Of a stretch of DNA of 64,000 nucleotides, positions 39,793 through 53,910 are shown in pieces. Source of the stretch: Eledone cirrhosa (Eukaryota); NCBI GenBank assembly GCA_964016885.1, contig OZ024740.1, positions 109,864,001-109,928,000 of the forward strand. The letters are read 5' to 3'. Every line of letters begins with the position of its first letter. The first letter of the stretch is position 1. A model generated the notes under the pieces. The model was not told where the DNA came from and made no database searches. It saw only the letters and a list, made by a program, of their open reading frames with translations. The position numbers and the translations under genes were made by a program.

Positions 39793-42700
39793 CATTCAAT
39801 GTGCCAGGCCCCCATCGTTTTCGGTCTTTTCTTGACCCAGGACTGCAGCTCCGTCAGCGAGACGAGCTGTGGGAAAGCCTGTCTCACAAACGGTGCCCAC
39901 ACCGGTTAGGGGTCGGTGAGGAATACCTGGAGATGCCGCAACCTCAGCGCATGTTTGCACATCATCAGCCACAGCATTCCCATCCCTCCGTTGGAAGGGT
40001 GCTGACAGCAGACGGATCTCCTCACCAGCGGAGCCTGCTTCTTCCACAGAAACTGGAAGAGCATGCGTTCCATCTTGGCGAGGTGTTCACGGCGATAAGG
40101 CATGACAGTCAAGCAGTAGTAAATGACGGACGCTATGAAAGTGTTCACCACCTCTGCTCGACCTTTGAAGGACAGTTTGCACTCTGCCCACTTCTGGGTG
40201 AGTGCAAACACCTTGGCCGTGACCTCGTTCCAGTTTTTCTCCACCTGGAGGTCTGGACCGAACAAGACCCCGACCAATTTCACCGGTCCGTCCGTCCAGC
40301 ATCCAACGATGCTGTCGGACGTCATCCGTTTGCCTCTTCACGTACCGAGTTGCAAACCGACAGACTTGTCCGGGTTTAGTTTCGCTCCGTCAGCGTTTCG
40401 TATTCTTTCAGTAAGTTGCCGATCACCCCAATTTCCGAGATGCTCAACACCATTACCCTCATGTCGTCGGCATAAAACGACGCCGCTTTGCGCAGTCCCG
40501 GTTCTAGAGGGATGCCCTGCAAGAGAACCAATTTCCGCAGTAGTGGATCTAGAGTCAATACATACAGAATGGAGGAGAGAGGGAACCCCTGTCGAATGGA
40601 ACGCGTGATTGCGAACGGCTCCGATAGGTAGCTGTTCGCCTTGAGCAGATGCTGGTGTGCATCGCCTCGATCCAGCCTCTGAAAACGGGACCGAAATCGG
40701 CCGCCTTGAGAACGGCTTCCAAGTATCGATGGTCGACCCTATTGAATGCCTTAGACTGATCCAAATTGATCAGAGCCCCACCGCAGCCGGGTTTACTACC
40801 CACCCTCTCTATGATGTATCGCATGAGGTGGAGGTTGTCGTGTATGGACCTGGTCGGGATTGCACACGTTTGCGCTTTCCTTACCAGGTTCTCGACGACA
40901 AGCGCCAACCTCGTCGCTAGCTCCTTGGCCAAAATCTTTAACTCTGTGTTGAGCAGAGTTATGGGCCTGAAGTTGTTAATTTCGCCCCCCTTGTTCTCGT
41001 CTTTCCTGATCAGCATTACTACGCCCTTGCCTGAACTGGGAATTCTCCCATTCTGCTGCCAATTGCAGTAGACGGCTTTGAGGATGCCAGAGAACAAGTC
41101 CGGCATGTTATGTAAAACTCATAGGGTAGACCATCTAGACCGGGTGACTTGCGTTTCCCGCAGTGGACCAGAGCGCCCCGTATCTCAGTGTCCGTGATCG
41201 GTCTTTCGCAGAACTCGGCGTCCGTGTTTGAGAGACGCGGCAGGCCGACGAGTTATGAACTAAAGTCCATTGCCCCATAGTCCACTGACCACGCAGCCTT
41301 CGTGTTTCGCATCGAAGAACCTATCTAAATACGATCTAGATGTCCCGCTGCGGTTTGCCCACGTCCACTGTGGTGCAGTCGGGAAATCCAGTCGATACCT
41401 ATCGGCCAGTTGGAATTGGCCTATTAAAGTTTTGAGGCTGTTGCATCTCCCTCTACTGGGACATGCTCCCACATAATCCCATCGTGCATCTAGGATACCA
41501 TTCCAGTCCCCCACTAAAAGTAAGGAGCGAGACGTTCCCAGAAAAGACTCTAGACGCTTAAAGAAGTCTGGCCGTGATTGCGATTGCCCGGTCGGGGTAT
41601 AAACGGCCACCAGTCTGAAGGCTCCACCTCCAATACTGTTCACGACTAGGACTACCAGTCTACCCTCTGGGTCCAAGTGTACTTGCTGTACTTCGACGCC
41701 CAGGTTCTTCCGAAACATGACAGCCACTCCACCCCCACCTCCTGGCTGACAGAGAGATGCGTAGATCTCAAAGTCGTCAAAGATGGGGGTTAGTTGCTGC
41801 CTGTTGTGGATCCTGGTGATGGCTATCACATTCATACTGTGTGACCTAAGGTCGTTTAAAAGTTGGCCCTGTTTCCAGGGCATCCCTAGGCCATGCACAT
41901 TCATGCTTCCAACTCGTAAACTAACCATGTTGGTGGAAAAGAGTTGGCGAAAAGGACGAAAAGGTGCACTTACCTTTTCGTTTCCTGGAGATCGGGTTGT
42001 TCAATCTCCATTTGGGTGCTGGATGGGTGTTGGGTGGGGTGGGGAAACATTTTAACAGGACGCGGTTGATGGGTTTCTGGCAGGGGCTGCCCATGTCCTG
42101 TGAAAATTTATCTTTCAGGTCATTATAGGTTTCCATAGAAACCCTTATAAGTTTAAGGTGTGGAGACGATTCTGCCTTGACGAAAGTTTTGCCCTCCATC
42201 TCCACCTTGGGGTTTTGGGAGATGACCTCCATCAAACTCTTGTTGTTTGTGTTGATGTATGCGTATTGTTGTTTGTGTTTTTGTTGTGTTGTTTTAGTTT
42301 GTTGTTCGTCCGGGAGTTTTCTTTTTATGGTGGGTGCTTGTGTTTGGGGTGGTGTTGGTTTTGCTGGTAGGGGATGTTTGACTGTGTTGTTGTTTGTGTC
42401 TGTGGTTGTGTGTTAGTGTTGGTGATTGGAGTTTTGGGGGTTTTGTGGTGTCTCTTTTTTTGTTTTTTAGAGTTCCGCGGCTCTCCCTCTTCTTCACTTA
42501 AAGAAGGAGAAGCAGCTTCATCCGTCGATGAATAATCATCGTCAGGAGTGTTGGGTAGGCGTATGTTGTGTGGTGGTGGTGTTTCGGTGTGTGTGTTTGT
42601 GGTAGTGTTTGATGGAGTGGGATGGGGTGGGGCTGTGTTTTTCAGGGGTGTTGTCTCTGTTGTTTCTGTTGTTGTTGGTTGAGTGTCTGTTTGTTTTGAT

Positions 42701-44043
42701 GTGGTTGCTCGTTTCGTCTGTTGTACTTGTAGTGGTGGTGGTTGTTTTGGTGTTGGTGTTGGTAATAGTGTTTTTTTTATGATGTTGTGGTGTGTTTGTG
42801 AAGGACAGGAGGCTTTTAGGTGTGCTGTGCTTCCACAGCGAAAGCAATGAAATTTTCGTCCTTCTACCGAAATGTTTATTTTGTTGTTGTCATCGATGAC
42901 GACTTTTTCAGGTTTTTTGTAGATTCTCTCCGGCCTCATTTGCAACAGAATCTCCAAATCAATACCCGCCCACCTTTGTTGAATAGACTTTCGTATCAAA
43001 AGAATCATATCAGTTTCTGACTCTATGAAGCCAGCCAAGATCCACCAGATGTTAATGTTTGATAGTATATTTTTTATTTTTATTTTTTGTGTCCTTTTTC
43101 CCATGTATGTAGGGAAAAAGGTGAATGCTTTTGACACCATTGGTGTCACAGAATGTTTTTCAGCGAGTGTCTCGCTTTTAAACAGTGCGGAAACACTTCC
43201 GTACTGTTTTCCTCGTTGGAGAAAGTCGATATTTGCTAGAATTTCCTTCAAGGTATTTTCTATATCTCCTTGACTAACAAATATTGGCTTCTCGTGGTAT
43301 TGGATACAGTCCTAAAGGTCACTGTCCTTCGAACTGTGTCTTCTTTTATTTCGAGGGGTGAGTTAATTCTAAACCCACCCTTCTCTTCGAAAGTTACAAA
43401 TTTTCTCCCTTGCTGGAGCATATCTTTTGCATTGGAGATGTCAAGATTTATAAAATCTTGTTTTTTGTTCACTGTTTCAGCGAAAGACATTTTTTTGTGT
43501 GGTGTTGTTGTTGTTGTTATCGTTGTTAGCCTCAGTGTTGGAAATCTCAGTTCCTTAACGAGGTGAAACTTTATGTGTAGATGTATCTGTGGAGTTGTTG
43601 ATGTTATTTTTTTCATGTGTATATATATTAATGGGTTTAATTCCTGTGTTTTCATTTTTTTTCGCTTCGACGGTAGAAATTGTAAAATCTTCAAGTGGCA
43701 ATATTTTTTTCCCTTTGTTGACAGTCGTATCTATGGCAATGTCCATAGTAGCAGAAGCAGATATAACGTTAAAATCTGCCTATTTCTCTCTCTTTTCTCT
43801 GTCAACGTTCTCCAGCGTTTCTTTCGTGTTATTCATGTTTTATAGTTGGCAAAATTTGATATTTTAAAACAATTTTTAAATTAAATTTTCGCCCCTAAAG
43901 GGGCAAAAAATGGGATTACCACCCAGCTGACAATTCACCTTGGGGGTTAATCTACAAAATAATATGTTTTTTCAAACAATTTGTTCTGTTTTTCGTATAT
44001 AAATTTACAAAAAATCTTACCGGTGATGTTCCACGCATCAGGT
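39793..44043 (-). mobile_element. Tx1/L1-type LINE copy 1 (probably 5'-complete, internally deleted, 3'-truncated)
   Basis: ORF1 pieces 43746-41921 with CCHC knuckle CFRCGSTAHLKASC; ORF2 from 41928: APE (NVHGL, GDWN, YLDR), RT (RPITLLN, DQSKAF, YADD at 40463-40474). Confidence 0.92.
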
Positions 44044-44047
44044 AGAT

Positions 44048-44088
<41 letters not shown>

Positions 44089-44200
44089 GAGATAGATAGA
44101 CAGGTAGGCAGAATGAGAGTTAGATATATATATAGACAAACAGATAAATATAAATATAAACAGGTGGACAGACAGATAGGTAGATAGATACATATATAGA
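44043..44200. repeat. (GATA)n microsatellite abutting the Tx1 5' end
   Basis: Direct inspection. Confidence 0.92.
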
Positions 44201-44324
44201 TGCTGTTGTATTTATTGTCTGAAGATAGAAACATAGGTAGGTAGCTATAGATAGGTGTTGTTCTAATGTTGACTACCTTTCATTCTTGCTAGTCAGTTGA
44301 ATATATATTTATAAACAGAATAAG

Positions 44325-44640
44325 AGAGAAGAAAAATAAAAGGAAGAAAGAAAATACATAAAAAAGAAGTGGGAAAAATAGGAAGGGGGCAAACCCTACA
44401 CTTTTGACTGGCTGGTATATCTCAGCTATGCCCCATGGACAAGATAGTGATAGCATTGCCAGTAAGAACAGTCAACAATACCTGCTGCATCAGCCATTCC
44501 ACCTCACAGGGCTCCTTCCTCAGGTAAGATGCACTCCTCTTGATTTGGCAGAGGAAAACAGCAGTCTGGTAACTGAAGACACTGGAGCTTTCAATGGCAA
44601 CCAGCAAAAAAAGGCAACAGTCAATAAACATACACTATTT
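44325..44640 (-). mobile_element. Decayed CRE/R2-group LINE 3' end
   Basis: ORF 44422-44631 FLLVAIESSSVF..VFLCQI..EVEWLMQQV..TGNAITIL; homologous to 5905-6255. Confidence 0.6.
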
Positions 44641-44649
44641 TTTCTCAAT

Positions 44650-44780
44650 TTGGATGCCTCCCCTGAGAAACACTCCCCCAATCCCTACCCTAGGAGCCAA
44701 GTCCCTGCTGGTGTAAATAATATATATGGTAAATCACAAATAATCTGATGAGGTTTCAATTCCCACCTGAATCATATTTA
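44650..44780 (+). mobile_element. Possible Penelope-like ORF end plus decayed hammerhead
   Basis: IPTLGAKS/PAGVN across a frameshift, then CTGATGA-GGT..ACC-TGAATC. Confidence 0.35.
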
Positions 44781-45825
44781 TCTCCTCTTATGTCTCCAGT
44801 TGCTGTTATCAATAACTAAAGAGAAGTTAATAGTTCTCTCATTAAAATAATTACTCCTGTCTAACCCATGCTCCCAGCGTGGAAGATGGACGTTAAATGA
44901 AGATGATGATGATGATGATGATGATGTAAATTGTCCCTGGTTCTATGATGCAAACCTGTTTATTTTTACTCGTTTGATAATAACCTGACCAAAACCGACT
45001 TTGGTTCTATGAAATAAAACCACCCAATTTAAAGGGTTTCTGTTTAAATTAAAATCTTCCAAAACAAAGTTACTACTTTGGAAATGAAATAATAATTTAA
45101 ATAAAATTCTTCATGAATTAATCAAAATAGAATGTATTTCATTAAAAGTTAAGCTCATGAAAAGGTTAAAAATAAATTTTATGTAAGAACCTTTGTTATA
45201 TTCCAAACACTAGCTTAATTAGAAATTTAGTTATAGTACTAAATCCCTCCAAATTCTCAAAATTATTTGAAAAATCATAGATTTTCACTAGAAAGGTAAT
45301 GAAAGGGTTAAGAACTTAAGCATTATTCACGTCTAAGACTGTCATTTTCCTCTAACAAAGCAGAAGAAAGGAACTCCATGGCTGATGTAGCGAGTAGGGT
45401 TAGCTGTTATATGCGACAATGCTTTTGTCACCTTGTCCATGGTATGCAGCTGAGATATATTGTCCAGCCAAAGGTGTAGAATTTGTCTCCTATCCCCAGC
45501 CACTTGCTTGTTTTTGTCTTGTAATTGCATTACTGAGATATAATAATAAAATGTAATTCCAGACTTGAGTTAAAAGATTAATCCTAGCCAGATGAAAAAC
45601 ATTTTGTTGACCCTTAGAATTACATGTGTAACTTATTTTGCCCAGCTGAGTGGACTGAAGCAACATGAAATAAAGTGTCTTGCTCAAGGTCACAACACAT
45701 TGCTGGGAATTGAACTCATGACCTTATGATAGTGAGCTGAACACTCTAACCACTAAGCCATGCATTTTCACATACATACATGCATCTTGACAAACAAACA
45801 TACAAAGACACTTATATACAATAGA

Positions 45826-48800
45826 TATGTTTCTTTATTAGCTACGGGGGCATAAAAGAAGGGGACAAATACAAAGGGGGAAGTTTACATACAATAAAAA
45901 CGTGTAAAATATTATCACAAATGCAATTTAAAAATTAGTCGATTTTCGCCAATAGGGGGAGACATTACATATGGGTAACACATACCCCCGAAAAAAAGTG
46001 TGCAACCCTCATCTCCAGGAGTACGAAGAGTTTGTAGTCCTTTCCTCTCCTCCTCTTTTTCCTCAACCTACAGACTGATATAGAGAGAAGGCCCATTCAC
46101 TCGGGCCATTCTCGCCACTTTCACCCACCTTTCATAAAACTTGCTGGGGTACAGCACCTTTCTCTCCATCCTGATTCTTCTTCCAAAGTGGCATTTGAAA
46201 AAAAGAATCAGTTGTTGGCCGGAGAGAAAGGTGTCTGACCTCAGCCCTTTCAACCTTGACCACGATACAACCTCTTTTGCCATAGCTATCACACAAAGGA
46301 AAACCGCCTCACCTTCATTTTTGAAGGAGGGTGGCGGTTTGATCATGACAATGGACTCGGTGGTCAACCGGATTGGTCCCACCCGCGACAATAGTCGTTC
46401 TACATAGCCCCACAGGTCGGTAACGCCCAGGCAGTGTATGAATGCGTGCTCGACGGTTTCTTCGTCTTGCACGCACCTCGGACTGATCATTTTTGCAGGG
46501 TCCCTGCCCGGGCGCCCATGTCTGTATAGCTTGTCTCGAACTGGTAGACCTCCTCGGTAGCACTGCCAGGCCAGGGACTTTTGGAAGTTGTCCATCGGTC
46601 CCGGGCGGAAGGTCCTACCGAACAGACTGGCCAGTTCGTCTTCCTCTACGCCTAGAGTTTCACTGAGCACGTCGTCGCACTTGCTGCGGATCAACCCTCT
46701 ATAGAATGACGAAGTGGAGTCTCCACTGATCGCCAGGTCCGCCTGCCAGAGGGCTGTACGCGCCTGAGCACATTCCATGTGCTAGTCGCCCATTTTCCTC
46801 GGTCTTTGCTTGATCCAGGACTGCAGCTCGGTCAGCGAGACGAGTCGTGGGAAGACTCGCTTCACGAATGGGGCCCACACCGGTTGTCCGGTGAGGAATA
46901 CGTAGAGATGCCACAGCCTGAGCGCGTGTTTGCGCATCGTCAGCCACGGTATCCCCAGCCCTCCGTTGGAAGGGTGTTGGCAGCAGATAGATCTTCTCAC
47001 CAAAGGAGTCCGCCTCTTCCAAAGGAATTGCAAGAGCGCGCGCTCCATTTTGGCAAGCGTTTTGGCTGGACAAGGCACGACGGTCAAGCAGTAGTAGATG
47101 GCGGACACTATAAAAGTGTTCGCCACCTCCGCTCGACCTTTCAAGGATAGTTTGCACTCGGCCCACTTCTGGGTGAGTGCAAACACCTTGGCCATCACCT
47201 CGTTCCAGTTCTTCTCCACCTGGAGGTCCGGACCAAACCAGACCCCGAGCAGCTTTACTGGTCCTTCTGTCCAGCGTCCGACGAGGCATCGGAAGGCATC
47301 GGTTTGATTCTCCATGAGCCGAGTTGCAAACTGATGGACAGTTCAGCTTCACTCCTGTGAACCTTTTGTATTCAGTAAGATGCCGACTTCCTCGATATGC
47401 GAGGCGCTCGACACCATTACTGTCTGCAGTCCCGGTTCCAGAGGGATGACCTGCAATAGCTCCAACTTCCGCAGTAGTGGCTCGAGAGTCAGTACGTACA
47501 GAAGGGAGGAGAGAGGGCATCCCTGTCGAATGGATCGCGTGATATGGAATGGCTCTGAGAGGTAGCCGTTCACCTTAACCCTTGAGCAGATGTTGCTGTT
47601 GTGCATTGCAGCAATCCAGCCCCTAAACACAGGTCCAAAGCCTGCCGCCTCGAGCACCGCATCCAGGTAACGATGGTCAACCCTATCGAAAGCCTTAGAC
47701 TGATCCAAGTTGATCAGGGCCCCACCGAAGCCGGGTTTAAACCCTACCCTCTCTATGATGTATCGCATGAGGTGGAGGTTGTCGTGTATGGACCTGGTTG
47801 GGATTGCGTATATCTGCGCTTCTCCCACCAGGTTCTCGACGACAAGCGCCAGCCTCTTTGCCAACACCTTGGCCAAAATCTGTAACTCTGTGTTGAGCAG
47901 AGTTATGGGCCGGAAGTTGCCTATGTCATCCCCTTATTCTCATCCTTCCTGACTAGTGCGACTACGCCCCCGGTCACAGAACTGGGAATTCTCCCGTTCT
48001 GTTGCCAGTTGCAGTAGACCGCTTCCAGGAGACAGGAGAATAAGTCCAGCATTGCTACGTAAAATTCGTAGAGTAGACCGTCGAGACCTGGAGATTTGCC
48101 TTTGCCGCGTTGGCTCAGTGCGTCTTCTATCTCAGCGGCTGAAATCGACTTTTCGCAGAACTTCGCCTCGCTATCCAAGAGTCGCGGTAGGCCGTCGAGG
48201 TATGGACCAAAATCCAAAGTCCCTCCCGGCGTGCCGCCCTGCCCGAACAGTTGAGCAAAGTGCCGCTGAAAGGCAGCACACATCTGCTTCGGCTCACGTA
48301 TCACGCGTCCGTTTTGGTCCTTCAAAGACCGAATCGTGGCCTTGTTGCCACTTTTTGCCTCCGTCACTCGGGCCCAGCTAACAGCTTTGGCTCGCTCGTT
48401 TCCCAGAGCACGTATTTTGCTTCTGACAACGCAGCCCTCTTGCTTTGCGTCGAAGAACTGGTCCAAGGCCGTTCTCGTTGCTAGCACGCTAGCTACGTTG
48501 CCACTTCTAATTGCCTCTTCTACTTTATCTACTAGTTCTTTCTCAGTTCTATTTCTATCTAATGCTAATTCTTTACTAAAAACTAACGAGTCTAATCTAA
48601 CTGCCCTCTTGAGAGAGTACCACCATCTGTTGTTGACAATGGACCCTGTCGAGTGCTGTTTAACTAAAGTGCTAATCCGTCTACTGTAGGCTTTGCATGT
48701 CGGTAATGACAAGTTCAGCTTCCAGTAGCCGGGTCCTTGTCTATGGGTTCTATCAAGGTTGACCATGCAGATCACTAGTTTGTGATCTGAATAGGCAACC

Positions 48801-50982
48801 ATGAACATTTGTGGACAGCTTAACATGTCCCTATCCTTATTTCTAACTGGAACCCTATCTAGGTAAGATCTAGATGTTCCGCTGCGATTAGTCCACGTCC
48901 ACAGTGGTACAGTCGGAAAATCTAGTCGATATCTATCGGCCAGGTCAAATCGGCCGATTAACTGTTTGAGGCTGTTACACCCCCCTTTATCGGGACATGC
49001 TCCCACATAGTCCCAACGTGCATCTAGGATTCCATTCCAGTCCCCCACTAAAAGCAAGGAGCAGGACGTTCCCAGAAAAGTCTCTAGACGTTTGAAGAAG
49101 TCTGGCCGCGGTGTCCCGGATGGGACATGTGCGGCCACCAGCCTGAAGGCTCTACCTTCACTACCGTCAACGTCTAGGACCACCAGTCGACCCTCCGGGT
49201 CCAGATGTACCGTCTGTGTTACGAGGTCCAGGTGTCTCCGCAGCAAAATGGCATCCCCAACCCCACCTCCCGGCTGACAGAGAGATGCGTAGATCTCAAA
49301 GTCATCGAAGATGGGGGCCAGCTGTCGCTTGCTGTGGATCCTGGACTTGCAAATGGCTACTACATCCATACTGTGCGACCTGAGGTCGTTTAAGAGTTTG
49401 CCCTGTTTCCAGGGCATCCCCAGGCCACGTACATTCACACATACAACTCTTATATTGGCCATGTTGGTTCTGAAAAGTTAAAAGAGAAGAAAACACTCAC
49501 CACTTCGTCTCCCGGGGATCAGGCTGCACGGTTTCCATGGGGGTGTTAGAGGGGTTGTCGGGGTGGGTGGTGGTTTCCGGCAGGGTGGGGACGGAGATGT
49601 TTGGTAGGGTGGGTGTGTCTGGGGTGAGGGTGGGGAAACTTTTTAAAAGGACGTGGTTAATGGGTTTAACACAAGGATTACCCACGTCCTTAGGAAAGTT
49701 TTCCTTTAAAGACTTATAGGTGTCCGTAGGGACCCTAATCATCTTTAAATTAGGTTTGTCTACACAGTTCGAAAAAGTTTTCCCTTCGGTGAAAACCAAA
49801 GGGTCGTTGGAGATGACCTCCATTAAAGTTTTGTTTTTACTGTTTATGTATGTGTAATGTTCTTGTGTTGCGGTGGTTGTTGTCTGTTGTTCTTGTGGGA
49901 GCTTTCGTTTTGTTGTAGGTGTTTGTGTTTGGAGTGATGCCGTGTTTTTTTTTCGGGACGGGGGGTTTTTGTTTGTAATGTTTGTGTTGTTTGTGTTGGT
50001 GGTTGTATGTTTGTAGTGATGTTTGTTGTTTTTTTGTTCTTGTGGTGTCTTTTCTTCTTTCTTTTCGAACGGAGAGGCTTTCCCTCATCATCACTTGGTG
50101 ATGATGTGGGGGCCTCGTCCGTTGTGGTGTCTGTGTTATTTGGAAGGGGTATGTTTTGGGGAGCTGTTGTGTTTATGGGTGTTTTTGCAGTGGTTTGGGT
50201 GGGACTGTGCTTGCAAGTTGGTTTGTTGTTCTTGTTTTGGTTGTGTTTGCATGTTGTTGTTATTGTGGAGGTGGTGGTGGTTGTGTTGTTGTTTTGGGTG
50301 TTGGCAGTAGTGTCTCTTTTTTTTTTTTAGTTAACTGAGGACAGTAAGCTTTTAGGTGACCACTGCTTAAACAGTGGTAACATGAAGGCCGCCTACCCTC
50401 AACAGAAATGTTTATGTGTGAAATTCCATCCAGAGACACACGTTGGAGTATTTTAGCTATCCGTTCTGGCCTCATTTGGACCAGAACTTCCATGTTTGTA
50501 CCATTGAATGTGCCTCTGGAGGACTTTCCCACCGAGATGATGGTGCCTTCGTCAAAATCGATGAAGCCAGTTAGAATCCACCAGACGTTTACATTTGGTG
50601 CAATGTTCGAAATTTATATTTTTTGTGTTCTTTTTCCCATATATGTGGGGAAAAAGGTGTAATGCGGGGACACAATCGACGATACAGAATATTTTTGCGT
50701 TGTCAATTGGTCTTTCAACAACACCGAAATGCTTCCAAAAAGTTTCCCTTTTTGGATGAAGGCAATATCCTTCATGGAATTCTTCAGAACCAGTTCAATA
50801 TCGTTCTGGGATAATTGAACTGGTTTTTTCGACACATTTGAAACTGTCCTAAAAATTACTGTTTTTAGAACAGTTTCTCTGCGTAACTGTTGAGGAGAAG
50901 TGATGCTGAAAGCACCACTCTCACCAAAAGTTACGTACTGTTTTGCATCGCTTAACATTTCCCTAGCATTGGAAATGTCAAG
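45826..50982 (-). mobile_element. Tx1/L1-type LINE copy 2 (5'-truncated in ORF1, complete 3' end, YADD missing)
   Basis: ORF1 pieces with CYHCLSSGHLKAYC; ORF2 49462-46068 in four frames: APE, RT, C-terminal RC..ETVEHAFIHC; AATAAA at terminus. Confidence 0.95.
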
Positions 50983-51098
50983 GTATGTGTACAAATTCAA
51001 ACACATTCAGAGACACACAAATTCTATAATATTTCTTCAGAGGGAGTAGCTTCCATTCTCTACATCTCTCAATCTCTAAGTCAAACTCTTCCAGGAGG

Positions 51099-51145
<47 letters not shown>

Positions 51146-51148
<3 letters not shown>

Positions 51149-53906
51149 TCATCATCATCATCATCATCATCAGGTTTAGCGTCCGTGTTCCACGCTTGCA
51201 TGGGTTTAGACGGGGGTTTTCCCACTTGAGGCAAGAGTGGTTGTCTTGCTCGCATAGGACTGTCTGGCGGGTTTTCTACAGCTGGATACCCTTCCTAACA
51301 CCAACCACATTTACAGTGTGGGGCTGGGAGGTTTTTACCGTGTTGCCTACACGGCCACATTTACAGCGTGGACTGTGTGTTTTTTTGTCGTGACACCTAC
51401 ACGATCTCATTTGTTTCGGCCTGGATGTTGTGGGACCAACATAACTTTACATTGAAAGGGGCGGTGTGGATGCGGTGGAGGTGGTGGGATGGGGGTGTGT
51501 TTTGATAGAGATGCCTACTGACTGTAGTAGGTTTTTACTTTGTATTTAGGTAAGGCGGGTCTTCTCTATTACTGAGTACCGCCAAAGGTCTCGGTCCAGT
51601 GACATTGTCTTGGAGAGGTGTAAGCGTGTGAGGTCGGAATTTATCATGTCGTCCCAGGTTTTTCTGGGTCTGCCTACTCCGTGGCTACCGTCTATCTTTA
51701 TTGCCCTGCACTTTGTTATACAGCTGTCGTCTTTCATGCGCATCACGTGACCGTACCAACGTAGCCTTCTCTCGAGTAAACAACATCTGATCCCTCTTAT
51801 TTCTAATTTTTTCCTTAGTTCGTTTATGCTTTGCCGTTCACGTATATTACTATTGCACATCCAGCGGAGCATGCAAGCTTCGTTCCTCTCTAGTCTGCGT
51901 ATATCCTCTGCATACAATGCCCAGGTCTCACTGCCATGCAGCATTGCTGTTCGTATGCAGGCATCGTATAACCTGCCTTTCATTTTTAGGGAGAACCCTC
52001 TAGCGGCTAATAGTGGTATAAGCTCTCTGAACTTTTTCCATCCAGTTCTGACTCTAGCTACTGTACTTTCAGCGCACCCTCCCCCACTGCTGATTTTGTC
52101 ACCCAGGTAACGGAAGCTGTCCACTATTTCTATAGTACCCTCTGCGCAGTTGAAAGAGCTAGTATTTTGTGGGCACTTGCTGGTACCTATTGCACCTGAG
52201 CACCGGCCACATGTTAAATCTACGTTCTTAGTTAGCTTACCTGTGATCCCACTACATCTTTTATGCACCCATACTTTGCATTTGGGACATAAAATGGAGT
52301 TTCTACCTACGCCTTTCCTACACACTGAGCATGGCCATTTCCCAGAAGGGACCGCCGCCTTATTTTCTTTCCTACAAACTAGAACTTTAGTCTTAGCCAG
52401 GTTAATTTTAAGGCCTTTTGATTCTAGGCCGTGCTTCCATGTTTGGAATTTCTTCTCTAGTTCGGTCATTGATTCAGCTATGAGCGTTAGATCATCTGCG
52501 TATAGGAGTTCCCATGGGCAGCCGGTCTTGAACTCCTCTGTTATAGCCTGAAGGGCAATAATAAATAGTAGGGGGCTAAGAACAGAGCCCTGATGGACAC
52601 CAACTTTTATGCTAAACTCTTCACTATATTCGTTGTTAATTCTAACCTTACTGACTGTTTCTTTATACATGGCTTGTATAGCTCTCACAAGCCATTCGTC
52701 AACACCTAGTTTTCTAAGAGACCATCAGATAATGGAACGGGGGACTCTGTTGAAGGCTTTCTCCAAGTCGACGAAAGCTAAGTATAGGGGTTTACTTTTA
52801 GCTAAGTACTTCTCCTGTAGTTGTCGTACAATGAAAAGAGCGTCTGTGGTACTTTTGCCTGACACAAACCCGAACTGCATTTCATCTAGATCAATTCTCT
52901 CTCTGATTAGTTGCGCTATTACTTTTTCCGTGACCTTCATGACCTGGTCGATTAATTTAATGCCTCTATAGTTACTCCTATCTAGGGCATCTCCTTTTCC
53001 CTTATAGCAGTTAACGGTGATGCTGCTACGCCAGTCCTTCGGAACAACCCCATTCTGTACGACTTGGTTAACTATCCGGGTGACCATGGTGTGTCCCACC
53101 GAACCAGATGCCTTCAGCATCTCAGCAACTATTTCCGAAGGACCAGCCGCCTTACCCGTCTTCATATCTTTGATTGCCTTGCTTATTGTACTACCCTGGA
53201 CTAACACTGCTGGTCCCTCTATTGGGTCGATGTGGGGGAGACTGTCTTTCTCCCATTTATTCTCCTCACTTAGAAGCCTTTCGTAGTGACACTTCCAAGC
53301 TACCTTCTTATCAGCGTCGGTGATGGCAAGTATGCCATCATCATTAAGTACACACTTCTCCCCGACAATATCACGGTTTTCCTTGACACATTGCCTGGCA
53401 ATCCTGAACACCTCACGTTTTTGGTCCTCACGTTGTAGAACATGCTTGAACTTTCTTTCCTCTGCTTCCCTTCTTGCGAAGTACACTTGTCTCCTAGCTT
53501 CCCTCCTGGCCACTTGATAGTCTTCTCTACTTCCCCCATCCCGCCATACTTTCCAAGCCTGCTTTTTGGCCTTAATTGACTCCTCCACCTTACTGTTCCA
53601 CCACCATGTTACTCTCCTCCCACCTACAGGCCTACTCCAGCCACAGACTTCGTCTGCCGCCGTCAGTAGGTTTGCTCTCAGGAATTCCCACTGTTCCTCT
53701 ACATTATACGACTCTAATTGCTCTTCCTTACTGTCGAAAGCGTCAAGTAATATGCTTTGAAATTTATTTCTGGCTATGGGGTCCTTTAGCTTCCATATTT
53801 TTCTCCTGAGGATAGTCCTCTTCCGCTGTCTAGTACGTCTCGTCCTGACTATGAGGTCGCTAATTATCAGTCTATGTTGGGAGGTGAATTCTTCATGGGG
53901 GAGGGA
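51146..53906 (-). mobile_element. RTE-clade LINE (subfamily A), 5'-truncated at the end of the endonuclease; one nonsense codon
   Basis: ORFs 52725-53960 and 51546-52688 are in frame, split by TGG>TGA at 52725-52727; (GAT)n tail into (TA)n. Confidence 0.97.
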
Positions 53907-53910
53907 TATA

